A stretch of 64,000 nucleotides of DNA, from sequence record NC_031010.1; one strand, written 5' to 3'. Shown piece after piece: positions 10,141-18,368 of this stretch. A model generated the notes under the pieces. The model had not been told where the DNA came from. It ran no database searches and was given only the letters and a program-made list of their open reading frames with translations. Made by a program: the position numbers and the translations under genes. The first letter of the stretch is position 1. Each line of letters opens with the position of its first letter.

Positions 10141-11130
10141 ATGGCTTTTACCTTGCGCTGGCGTAACGACAACACCAAACCGGTTGTCGTGCGCATTTAT
10201 CGCAGCACCACGGTTATCGACCCCACCAAGCTACCGGCCGCGCTGGCGACCCTCAGTAACGGGGAAACCGAGTGGACGGATACCACCGCGTTCTACGGGG
10301 TGACGTACTATTACTTTACCACCGTGACTAACCCCACTACCGGCAAAACCGTGAACGGGGTTAACACGCCCTACACCAACGAACAGCGGCGTGGGGTGGG
10401 ACCCAACACCTTGCAGTTTGGCACTGACATGTTGGGCTTCTACGGTGACGTGGTTTACGATGATCAGTTCCCACTGGGAGGTTTCCAGCAGAAGGTGCAG
10501 GATTTACTCCTCTCGGTGTCATCAACGTTTACTGCTGCTTACCGTTTCCCGGTCAGCAAATACGCCCGCAATGGAAAGATTCTCTATATTCCAAGCTCGC
10601 CGATTAGTTCTGGGTTGAGTTGGGCGGCGCTGTACGCCGCAGGAATGGTATACGGTACCGACGATGCCGGACCGGAGAACGGCCGTGGTAGTTTGACGGC
10701 AGCAGTACAAGATGCGTCATGTGTGTGGAAAGGGGATAAATACCGCATTCGTCTGATGCGGGGCTTGTCCGAATCTCCAAACACGCCGGCTTTTGCGTTC
10801 GATGCTAAGTACAACGGGGTGACGCACGACGCATCCGACCTGACGGGCTTTAATGAGTTCAATGACCTCTTTTATAGCACGCAGTATTTCTTCCCGGCCA
10901 AACGCCGCACCGACGGTTATCGTTTTGCTGCCCCGTTCACTACCACCAACAGTAACTACGCTGACGGGTATTTGACAATGGAGCACGACACAGCGTCGAA
11001 TAACATACTGACGCGCGGTACCATTACGTCGCCGATGTCGGCAGACTTACTGACCACCATTCGTTACCGCGGTCACGGCAGTGTTGTGACGGCGTGGGTG
11101 CCGGTCTTTGAATTAGTGGAGGACTACTAA
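10141..11130 (+). CDS. Putative virion fibre protein, cassette 2 subunit B
   Basis: Start reassigned to ATG 10141 (SD GAGGAG). MAFTLRW parallels MSFTLRW of 6745; shared FNEFNDL.Y, MEHD and FELVE. Confidence 0.65.
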   Translation: MAFTLRWRNDNTKPVVVRIYRSTTVIDPTKLPAALATLSNGETEWTDTTAFYGVTYYYFTTVTNPTTGKTVNGVNTPYTNEQRRGVGPNTLQFGTDMLGFYGDVVYDDQFPLGGFQQKVQDLLLSVSSTFTAAYRFPVSKYARNGKILYIPSSPISSGLSWAALYAAGMVYGTDDAGPENGRGSLTAAVQDASCVWKGDKYRIRLMRGLSESPNTPAFAFDAKYNGVTHDASDLTGFNEFNDLFYSTQYFFPAKRRTDGYRFAAPFTTTNSNYADGYLTMEHDTASNNILTRGTITSPMSADLLTTIRYRGHGSVVTAWVPVFELVEDY

Positions 11131-12029
11131 TGGGTATCAAACTGCAGTGGCCCTCACAGTCTGCCAAAGGCGTGAGTGGTCTTGAAATCTATCGCGGGAC
11201 GGGCAGCACCTCTACGTTAAATCGGAACAGTCTCCCTGCGCCGCTGACAACGCTTGCTGCAGATGCGACCTCATTTGAGGACACTACGGTTGTGGAGAAA
11301 ACCATCTACAACTACTGGGTGTGTTCCGTGAAGAACGGTGAGCGGGTGTTTACAAATCCCATTCAACGGGGTTATTATCTGGATACGGGTCCGGGGCCGA
11401 CGGAGTTGAAGTACGGGAACTGGGATGCGGGTTACTTTGGCACCGTTGCCGTCAGTGACCTGTTTACCTTTCAGGAAATGAACTCCCAACTGGGGATTTC
11501 TCTGTTCCAATACACGCCGGATTTCTATCACAAGTTTATCTTTAAAGGGCGCATTCTGTTCTACCCAAACATTCGGGTAATGGTTCAGACGTGGAGCAAT
11601 ATCTACTTAGCGGGCTTAGCATGGGGCAGCAATGCGGTCGCCTACATTAAACCCAACGGCCCGGCAGACACCCCACAAGGTCGTACCGTCAGCAAGAATG
11701 GTCGAGCGTATAACGTCCGCTTGCCGTTCAGTGCGGAATACAGTGTGACCGGTGGTCCTACCCTCAGCCAAGATGCAATTGCCAACTTGGGAGAGTGGCG
11801 AAACACGATGGAGCGGTTATTCCTCGTTCCTGGGACGATGTCGCGCTGGGGCAGTGCACCGCCGGATGTCCCGAGTAATACCTCGAGTCTCCAAACGACG
11901 ATGTTTGCACAAGCCTACGGCACGGCTAACATCTGGGTGGAACTTGGGGGTGCGCCGCAGGCCATTACCACAAACACCCAAAACCAAGCGATGTCCACTA
12001 TGCTGGTATTGGAATTGGTCTTACCGTAA
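11130..12029 (+). CDS. Putative virion fibre protein, cassette 2 subunit C
   Basis: Paralogue of 7756..8697: WPSQS, LDTGPGP, AGYFG, KGRI.FYPN and LELVLP. Confidence 0.65.
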   Translation: MGIKLQWPSQSAKGVSGLEIYRGTGSTSTLNRNSLPAPLTTLAADATSFEDTTVVEKTIYNYWVCSVKNGERVFTNPIQRGYYLDTGPGPTELKYGNWDAGYFGTVAVSDLFTFQEMNSQLGISLFQYTPDFYHKFIFKGRILFYPNIRVMVQTWSNIYLAGLAWGSNAVAYIKPNGPADTPQGRTVSKNGRAYNVRLPFSAEYSVTGGPTLSQDAIANLGEWRNTMERLFLVPGTMSRWGSAPPDVPSNTSSLQTTMFAQAYGTANIWVELGGAPQAITTNTQNQAMSTMLVLELVLP

Positions 12030-12031
12030 CA

Positions 12032-12084
12032 CAAATAAAAAGAACTACTCTCCCCAAAGGGAGAGTAGCCTTTATTTCTTTTTT
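12032..12084. terminator. Bidirectional terminator
   Basis: An A-tract, then CTACTCTCCC-CAAA-GGGAGAGTAG, then a T-tract, between convergent genes. Confidence 0.85.
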
Positions 12085-12173
12085 CCACCACCGAGCAGAC
12101 CGCCGACTGCGCCGACGACCGTCCCAACAGCAGAACCAACCCCACCCACGATGGCTGTGATGGGATCAGTCAC
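12072..12173 (-). CDS. 33-aa glycine-zipper-like peptide
   Basis: From GTG 12173: MTDPITAIVGGVGSAVGTVVGAVGGLLGGGKKK. It fills the gap between the upstream gene's stop and the terminator; the SD is weak. Confidence 0.45.
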   Translation of the reverse strand: MTDPITAIVGGVGSAVGTVVGAVGGLLGGGKKK

Positions 12174-12177
12174 GGGC

Positions 12178-12687
12178 TTAGTTGAACCCGTTGAGTTCTC
12201 CGTTGGTGCCGGAGAGGTCGGTTTTGGCTTTGCTAATCGTCCACACCACAGCTTCACCGGGGAGAAATTTGGCGTGACCGGCGTTGATAGCCACGGTCAC
12301 GTCCGTTTTGGTTGCGTCTTCTGCGTTAGCATTAGAGGTGATGGTGATGTCAGACAGTGCCAGTGCATCGTCCGCGTGGTCTTGCTGGAGCATGGTGTTG
12401 AAATGCGCGAGCACTTCTTCATCCGTATCCCAGTTGGTCATTGAATCCTCAACCGGCATGTCGCCTTTGGCGTACGCCAGACGGTTGTAGGTCAGTTCTT
12501 TTGACCCAGCGAAGTTGGTGCTTGAACCTTTGGCTGTGATAGTCAGCTTGGTGTTCTTCGCATCTTCTTCAGCGGCTGCAACAACGGCAGCAAAGTCAAC
12601 ATCAGCCACGGTCAGTGGCGTCGGGAGGCTCGGGTTCGCTGCGTTAAACAGCTCAACCAACTGCTCCTGTGGGGTTTTAGTAGCCAT
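12178..12687 (-). CDS. Short virion protein of the same paralogue family
   Basis: Start reassigned to ATG 12687 (SD AAGGGA). Motifs FNAANPSLP, KNTKL, TYNRL and end KTDLSGTNGELNGFN; acidic. Confidence 0.7.
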   Translation of the reverse strand: MATKTPQEQLVELFNAANPSLPTPLTVADVDFAAVVAAAEEDAKNTKLTITAKGSSTNFAGSKELTYNRLAYAKGDMPVEDSMTNWDTDEEVLAHFNTMLQQDHADDALALSDITITSNANAEDATKTDVTVAINAGHAKFLPGEAVVWTISKAKTDLSGTNGELNGFN

Positions 12688-12718
12688 CTCTCTTCCCTTT
12701 ATAAAGTTGACAACGGTT

Positions 12719-12771
12719 GTCATAAAAAAGCCCAGTGGGTCAAAATAACGCAAGGCCCACTATAGTATGAC
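12719..12771. promoter_or_regulatory. Candidate divergent late promoters (TATGAC on each strand)
   Basis: TATGAC at 12719-12724 (-) and 12766-12771 (+), upstream of both divergent genes. TATG is the established phiKZ late-promoter core. Confidence 0.45.
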
Positions 12772-12823
12772 CCGTATTTCCCGGGCAAAAAATAATCGAA
12801 AAGCTCACACAGAGGACAGTCTC

Positions 12824-13360
12824 ATGTTACGTTTTATTGCTGCATTTTTCGTTGCAATGTTGTTAGGGGGTTGCGCACTTACCACAACCAATGGCCAGTT
12901 CTCGACGGCACCTGTCGCCCCAACGGACTTTGTAACGTACACCTGCACCGGTGCACAGGAGACCTTTGTCAACTGGCGACCTGATGTGGCACAAGTTAAA
13001 CTTTACCCGGTTGCCGTGACTGTTATCGACAACGGCAGCAATTGGGTAGCCACCTTCCCCGGTGGGAAAGTGGAATCGCCTCAGCTCTATAAAGATTTGC
13101 TCGGCAAAGTGGACGGCAGTGTTGACCTGTTACAAGGTACACGCTACTACCGCTTGAACACGACCCCGCCCACCTACTCGTACTCCACGGTTGACATGAG
13201 TGGGAACGGTTCGGGAGCCACCTTCTTTCGCTGTCAGGTAGGTACCGGTGACGCTGCTACTGCTGCTGCAACCCCTGCTTCTTCTCTTACTCCATCTGAT
13301 GCTGCGCAAGCACCCGCATCTGCCCCTGCGGCTGTCGTAGCCCCGGTGGCGAACAAATAA
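12824..13360 (+). CDS. Lipoprotein with Ala/Pro-rich C-terminus
   Basis: Start reassigned to ATG 12824 (SD AGAGGA); signal peptide with lipobox LLGG-C17. Confidence 0.75.
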   Translation: MLRFIAAFFVAMLLGGCALTTTNGQFSTAPVAPTDFVTYTCTGAQETFVNWRPDVAQVKLYPVAVTVIDNGSNWVATFPGGKVESPQLYKDLLGKVDGSVDLLQGTRYYRLNTTPPTYSYSTVDMSGNGSGATFFRCQVGTGDAATAAATPASSLTPSDAAQAPASAPAAVVAPVANK

Positions 13361-13407
13361 AAGCAGTACCCCACTCCAATGAGTGGGGTACCTTTCTTTT
13401 TTTATTT
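13358..13407. terminator. Bidirectional terminator
   Basis: GTACCCCACTC-CAAT-GAGTGGGGTAC flanked by A- and T-tracts. Confidence 0.85.
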
Positions 13408-13459
13408 GCACACAGAACGCCCTGTAAGCCATTCTAAGCGCTTTGCCGTAATAACCGTA

Positions 13460-14146
13460 CTACGCGACCGATTCCAAGTTAGCGTTCTCGAGAGCGATGC
13501 CTGGGTCGGTTAAGAAGGCACGTTTGATGTTACGGTACTTCACGTTGGTAGCTTCACCGGATTCTAACGCGTGGCGTTCACCGATCGGCACTGCCGGCTC
13601 AATGTACGGACGAAAGAACAGGTAGTTACGGGCGTACTCCACGGTAGACTCTTTGAACTCGGTGTAGTGGCAATCGGAGTTGTCATCGTTGTACGCTGAC
13701 TGGCCGAAGAGGTGCACGGCATCGTAGAACGACGCTGCAATCGCCTCGCCCACACCGGTGGCTTGCATGGTGCGCAAGAACATCAAGTCCGCAAAGTCTT
13801 TATCCACGGCCCCACTTAACCGTCCTGCTGGGGTGTCCGGGTAGGTGGCTACCGACGGGCACTTCTGGTACAGGAGGTCGTGCAGACATGCCGCCACCGC
13901 CCACGGGCCATTGGGTTTCAACACCGACTGAAGCATATCCGGGATACTCGCCATATCGGTGACAAACCCACGGGGTACTGTGATGTAGAACAGGTCATCA
14001 GGCAGCACACCCGTGAGCGACACCATACGGTCTAGCCCCGGGGCATTACGGTAGATTGTGCGTAGCGTAAACGGGTAGTGGAAATCCTGCGTCAGGATAA
14101 ACCATTTCCCCTCCAACACTTTATAAGTGAAATCCATCGGGCTCAT
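13460..14146 (-). CDS. DUF1353-family protein
   Basis: VPRGFVTDMASIP, AACLHDLLY, ADLMFLRTM and FYDAVHLFG match the family pattern. Confidence 0.8.
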   Translation of the reverse strand: MSPMDFTYKVLEGKWFILTQDFHYPFTLRTIYRNAPGLDRMVSLTGVLPDDLFYITVPRGFVTDMASIPDMLQSVLKPNGPWAVAACLHDLLYQKCPSVATYPDTPAGRLSGAVDKDFADLMFLRTMQATGVGEAIAASFYDAVHLFGQSAYNDDNSDCHYTEFKESTVEYARNYLFFRPYIEPAVPIGERHALESGEATNVKYRNIKRAFLTDPGIALENANLESVA

Positions 14147-14256
14147 TCTTCCACCTTGCCGAACAGGCGACTAATGAACAACACCAAAGCGACTGCGCCC
14201 AATCCTTGTTGAACTACCGCAGGTTTTTCTTGTACAGCTGCTTCGGTCTTTCGCAT
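14143..14256 (-). CDS. 37-aa hydrophobic peptide not in the ORF track
   Basis: MRKTEAAVQEKPAVVQQGLGAVALVLFISRLFGKVEE; SD GGGGG; ATGA overlap with the DUF1353 start. Confidence 0.6.
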   Translation of the reverse strand: MRKTEAAVQEKPAVVQQGLGAVALVLFISRLFGKVEE

Positions 14257-14264
14257 GTTTCCCC

Positions 14265-14849
14265 CTAGCCAAATAAGGCCTTCGCGTAAGTACGCATTTC
14301 ACCCCAGATGCGACCCAACCAACCGTAGGTGAAGGTCTCGTTCGCTTTACGCTTCTCAGAGATATCCACGTAGTGGTAGGTCTGCATCCCGGTCAAACCA
14401 ACCAGCAGGTAATTCATGCCCTCTGCACCGCGTTTTGCGAAGAACGCTTTCAGTGCAGTCAGGGTCTTCGTTCCCATGCCTTTGTCAACCACGAGATCAG
14501 CGTAATGGGTCTCTTGGTTGTTCAGCACGTTCAGAAGACGTTGCAGAGATTCCACAGCGTTTGCACGACCGGCATTGATAGCATAGTCGAACAGACGGTC
14601 AGCCAGAAGCGGATTGAGGGCGAGGATATCATCCAGATAAAGCTTGTTCCACCAAAGTTTAACATAGATGTCTAACGCCGTTGACTGTGGCATCGAGACC
14701 ATGGGACCGGTGTAGCCATAATCCAGTGCCGTTGCTTTTGTGATGCCCCAGATGGTTTCACCACCGAGGTCGTTCTTGTTGTTGACATACCCCGCCTCGA
14801 TATTCACTTTGGCGCGGATGATGCCTTCTCGACTGAAACGGTCTGCCAT
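14265..14849 (-). CDS. Glycoside hydrolase family 108 lysozyme with peptidoglycan-binding domain (endolysin candidate)
   Basis: EAGYVNNKNDLGGETIWGIT (GH108 catalytic motif), LFDYAINAG, DKGMGTKTL and NETFTYGWL. Confidence 0.9.
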   Translation of the reverse strand: MADRFSREGIIRAKVNIEAGYVNNKNDLGGETIWGITKATALDYGYTGPMVSMPQSTALDIYVKLWWNKLYLDDILALNPLLADRLFDYAINAGRANAVESLQRLLNVLNNQETHYADLVVDKGMGTKTLTALKAFFAKRGAEGMNYLLVGLTGMQTYHYVDISEKRKANETFTYGWLGRIWGEMRTYAKALFG

Positions 14850-14891
14850 TACTCTTTCCTCTTTCTCTTTGTGATTCGCACTGCGCGAAAG

Positions 14892-14897
14892 GTCATA
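14892..14897 (-). promoter_or_regulatory. Candidate late promoter TATGAC for the lysozyme operon
   Basis: The motif lies 43 nt upstream of the GH108 start, just after a terminator. Confidence 0.4.
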
Positions 14898-14907
14898 ACA
14901 AACCGCA

Positions 14908-14941
14908 AATAAAAAGAAGAAAGGGTGCCCCGAAGGGCACC
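14908..14941 (-). terminator. Intrinsic terminator closing the fibre/radical SAM operon
   Basis: Minus strand GGTGCCC-TTCG-GGGCACC followed by CTTTCTTCTTTTTATTT. Confidence 0.9.
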
Positions 14942-14945
14942 ACTG

Positions 14946-15587
14946 TTATTCTACCGACGGATTAAACTCCGCCGCGTCGAGTGAGGCGTAATCCCCCTGC
15001 TCCGCAAATGCACGGATACGGGTTTTGTACGCGGTCAACTGAACGTGCAGCTGTGCGTTACGTGCGACAATCAGAGAGTACAGCATCTCAGTGTCTTTCG
15101 CTTCCCACTCTTCCAGCGCTTGGTTATCGGCAGTCACCCAATACTCCGGCACGGTGTTCGTTTGCACGAAGCCGGCCAGTGTGGTCAGGGTCTCACCTGC
15201 GGTCTGGAACATGTGGTCTTTGTACGCAATGTCAGCCGTGACCGCTTCACCGTACGCTGCATTAGTGGCCTGGAGTTTCTTGGCCAGCAGGGTATAGCAA
15301 TACGCTTTGGTCGACTGCAACTCTTTGAGGTAATCCTTCACCTGAATCCCCAGCACGTCTTTGATAAACGCTTTGGTTTGGCGTAGGGTGTAGTTGGCTT
15401 CGAACTGGGTCTGACCCTGCTCTTGCAACTGACGCAGTGCATCTTTCTCACTGAGTCCCTCTAAGAGTGCGTAGTGTAACCGCTTGGCCAGCGTAACTTC
15501 ACCGTTGGGGTCAAAGAACAACCCCGTGCGGTCAATCTGGCCATCGCCGTTTTCAAACCGAGCTTTTATCTCGTCAGCACTAAGCAT
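14946..15587 (-). CDS. Protein with C-terminal DUF4376-like (fibre-associated) domain
   Basis: IAYKDHMFQT...YWVTADNQAL...LIVARNAQLHVQLTAYKTRI...LDAAEF resembles the W.xADN pattern of DUF4376 proteins found beside phage fibre genes. Confidence 0.55.
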   Translation of the reverse strand: MLSADEIKARFENGDGQIDRTGLFFDPNGEVTLAKRLHYALLEGLSEKDALRQLQEQGQTQFEANYTLRQTKAFIKDVLGIQVKDYLKELQSTKAYCYTLLAKKLQATNAAYGEAVTADIAYKDHMFQTAGETLTTLAGFVQTNTVPEYWVTADNQALEEWEAKDTEMLYSLIVARNAQLHVQLTAYKTRIRAFAEQGDYASLDAAEFNPSVE

Positions 15588-16114
15588 TCTTTCTCTCCCA
15601 CGAATCCAACTTTGGTCAACATGTCATAGGACATGATTTCAAAGTCGATACGAAGATCCAGACGGTACTGCAAGTTCGGCAGTGGCTGGTCATTTTCTTG
15701 GAACGCCTGCATGAACATCATGTCATCGAAGTAATGACACGCGCTCTCTGGGTTACGCACCATCCAGACCGGGACATCCGGGAAGGACAGACACAGTGCC
15801 ACCAGAGAATCACCGCCACGATCGATGGTGCCGGTGCGCAGGATGTTTACCTTTGAAGCAGGGGCCGCCAGAATACGCGCTTCGAAACCCGGGTTACGCT
15901 TTTCGATTTCTGCTAACGAGTCGTGGCCGTTCTCCACGCACTGAATCGGCAGGACAACGTTAAGAGCAAAACGGTTAATCAAACGCAGCCAGTGATCGTT
16001 GAAATCATCGGCAGGCACGATAGCGTGAATGTTAAACAGCTTATAATGCTGTAAGAACGCTTCGATTTTGCGACTATCGTACTTCGTAAAATTCTGGAGA
16101 AGCAGGCTTTTCAT
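15566..16114 (-). CDS. Hypothetical accessory protein of the radical SAM cluster
   Basis: A 182-aa ORF overlapping both neighbours, suggesting translational coupling. Confidence 0.6.
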   Translation of the reverse strand: MKSLLLQNFTKYDSRKIEAFLQHYKLFNIHAIVPADDFNDHWLRLINRFALNVVLPIQCVENGHDSLAEIEKRNPGFEARILAAPASKVNILRTGTIDRGGDSLVALCLSFPDVPVWMVRNPESACHYFDDMMFMQAFQENDQPLPNLQYRLDLRIDFEIMSYDMLTKVGFVGEKECLVLTR

Positions 16115-17471
16115 TCTTGAATTGTTCCTTGCGGTCAGTTTGTTCCACAGCCATGGTCATCTCACGGATGGCGGTGACGTGTAAAGGCTGTTCTGCAGCT
16201 TCGCGGGTGAGTTTCTCTTCAACAGCAAAGTTGCGCTTCTGTTGGCACTGGTAACAGTTACAAACAGACTTGTCGTACTGCGATTCGTACGACCCGAAAC
16301 GTTGTTTCCACCACTGCGCCACTAAGAGCTTCGCGGTAGTCCAACCACACTGGCGACGTTCGCCGTGATACTCTTTACGAGCGTCTTCTTCACCGTCGCC
16401 GTTTTCATACGCTGCCGCCACACACGAGGCACACAGGTGCTTCGCTGGGCAACCGATGCACTGGTCAGGATACGACTTCCACTGTTCCTGAACTTCGGCC
16501 AGCAGTTTCCCGCCGTCGGTGTTAACGATTTGCTGACCTTCGAGTTTACCGATGGCCTGACGGGTGGTCACGGTAGACATGAAGCGGTTACACCCGAAGA
16601 TGTTCCGGTCAAAGCCCAGACAGGTCATGTACACCGTGGTACCGCAGTGAGGACGCAGACGTTGTGGGTCGTAGCGTACCGAGTCATCATGGATGAGCTT
16701 CTCACGCCAGTCCGGGTTCCACAGCTGGTCAACATCCAGACCGTCTGGCAGCACGTGACCGATTTCAGAGTTCTGGTCTAAGTGCAGACCCTTCTCAATG
16801 AAATACTCCGCTACTTCGATAAACTGGTTGGCAATCTCGAGTGCCATCTGGCGCGGTAACACGTCTTCGAAGACCACGTTACCGTACAGACGACCGCCCC
16901 CGGTCACATCAATCAGCGACTTCATCCCAGCACCGTACTGCATCAGCGTTTCTTTCGTGAAGGTGGCTTTGACCCCAATCTCACGAACGCCAATTTCTTG
17001 CAGAAGCTTATAACCGGCGACCGCTGCTTGGTAAGACCCTTGACGGGACGTGGTGAAGATACGGTACTTATCGTGGGTCTCAGGCAGACCATCGATAGAG
17101 ACACCGATCGACAGGTAATCTTTCCAACGGTTCAGAATCTCCAGCGCCAGCGGTTTGTCAAACAACGTCCCGTTGGTGGAGATAGAGAACACGTAAGGCA
17201 GGTTGTGCTTTTTGCACAGCTCTTCTGCGGTTTCGAAGGCCGCTTTCAGCAGCTTCGGCTGCATGAAGGGTTCGCCACCGATGATATCAATGATGATACC
17301 GTCGATACCTTGGTTCTTCGAGAAGAAGCGATGTTTATCGCGATTAAAGCAGGCGTGAATAAAATCAACGACATCAGCGACTTTGTTATTACGCGGATAC
17401 TTACGCTCGTAGCAATACTCACAGTCGAGGTTGCACGATAGGTTGGTGACTATCTGGTAGGTTGCATCCAT
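16074..17471 (-). CDS. Radical SAM/SPASM peptide maturase (CXXX-repeat target type)
   Basis: CNLDCEYC (CX3CX2C), GGEP, ISTNGT, VSIDG; SPASM cysteines HCG...GCNRF and CIGCPAKHLCASC...QCGW; extra C-terminal CNCYQC. Confidence 0.92.
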   Translation of the reverse strand: MDATYQIVTNLSCNLDCEYCYERKYPRNNKVADVVDFIHACFNRDKHRFFSKNQGIDGIIIDIIGGEPFMQPKLLKAAFETAEELCKKHNLPYVFSISTNGTLFDKPLALEILNRWKDYLSIGVSIDGLPETHDKYRIFTTSRQGSYQAAVAGYKLLQEIGVREIGVKATFTKETLMQYGAGMKSLIDVTGGGRLYGNVVFEDVLPRQMALEIANQFIEVAEYFIEKGLHLDQNSEIGHVLPDGLDVDQLWNPDWREKLIHDDSVRYDPQRLRPHCGTTVYMTCLGFDRNIFGCNRFMSTVTTRQAIGKLEGQQIVNTDGGKLLAEVQEQWKSYPDQCIGCPAKHLCASCVAAAYENGDGEEDARKEYHGERRQCGWTTAKLLVAQWWKQRFGSYESQYDKSVCNCYQCQQKRNFAVEEKLTREAAEQPLHVTAIREMTMAVEQTDRKEQFKNEKPASPEFYEVR

Positions 17472-17483
17472 CCCTATCTCCCC

Positions 17484-18368
17484 TTATTTTTTAATTGGAT
17501 TAAGCCAGTTCATGATGTAACGGTAGCCGTGCTCACCGATGGCCAGTGCAATCTTGTTGCAGCCACGGTCCACGACCATCTCAACGTTCTCAGGAACTTG
17601 CAGGTCGCCATTCGGTTGACTGACGATAATTTCACTACAGGCATTACACGCATCTTCTTCGAAGAACTTCTCGAGTTTGATGATGGTGTCACGCTTGTTA
17701 ATGCGGTTGAGCTTACGCATGTTGTCTTGCAGACGCTCAAAGCCGTACACGAAGTTTAACACGTGGTCAGGCGACAGCACTTTCTTCATCTGGTTATCGA
17801 ACAGGTAGTTCATGCCGAGGAAACCAAGATGGTGAATGGCGTCTTGCATTTTCATCATGCCTTCGTGCCAGCGCATGTCCCCGATCTTCTCACGGGTTAA
17901 CACTGACCAGAGGATAACGTTGTCCAGCTGGGCGATGACTTCAAACGCTTCGGTATCACCGGAACGAGCAAAGTCCATTAAACCACGGGCATCATCTTCG
18001 TAACCGTCGATGGAGACCACAACACGATGGAAGGTTTTCAAAAACTCGACTTGCTCTAAACGTAACTTACGTCCGTTTGTGAAAAGATAGTGCACGGCAG
18101 AAGGACGTTCTACGCGCATCATCTCGACCGACTCAACGAGTTTACGGTAAGACAGTAACGGCTCACCCCCCGTCCAGATGATCTCTTCCACACCGGGATT
18201 CTTTTTCAGTAACTCCATCATTGCCTCTTCATGGGTTTTACGAGACACGTCCCCTTTGACCATGTGAATCTCACCCGCACAAAACGAACAATTGAGGTTA
18301 CACTTCGACGTCAATGCTACGTTAATGGTCTTTGCAGGTGAGTAAACATCTTTACTTAACGTTCTCAT
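17484..18368 (-). CDS. Second radical SAM protein with a short Cys-containing C-terminus
   Basis: CNLNCSFC, TGGEP, FTNG, VSIDG; C-terminal ACNAC...PNGDL...GCN. Confidence 0.88.
   Translation of the reverse strand: MRTLSKDVYSPAKTINVALTSKCNLNCSFCAGEIHMVKGDVSRKTHEEAMMELLKKNPGVEEIIWTGGEPLLSYRKLVESVEMMRVERPSAVHYLFTNGRKLRLEQVEFLKTFHRVVVSIDGYEDDARGLMDFARSGDTEAFEVIAQLDNVILWSVLTREKIGDMRWHEGMMKMQDAIHHLGFLGMNYLFDNQMKKVLSPDHVLNFVYGFERLQDNMRKLNRINKRDTIIKLEKFFEEDACNACSEIIVSQPNGDLQVPENVEMVVDRGCNKIALAIGEHGYRYIMNWLNPIKK

Noticed and set aside
5317-12029. Diversity-generating retroelement or invertible fibre switch
   Set aside because: No reverse transcriptase, invertase, near-identical TR/VR pair or flanking inverted sites were seen; the cassettes are old, diverged duplicates.
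11752-12444. 230-aa plus-strand ORF
   Set aside because: It crosses a bidirectional terminator and overlaps better-supported genes.
12824-13360. Unimolecular spanin or MliC call for the lipoprotein
   Set aside because: There is no C-terminal TM helix, and the MliC SGxxY motif is not convincingly present.
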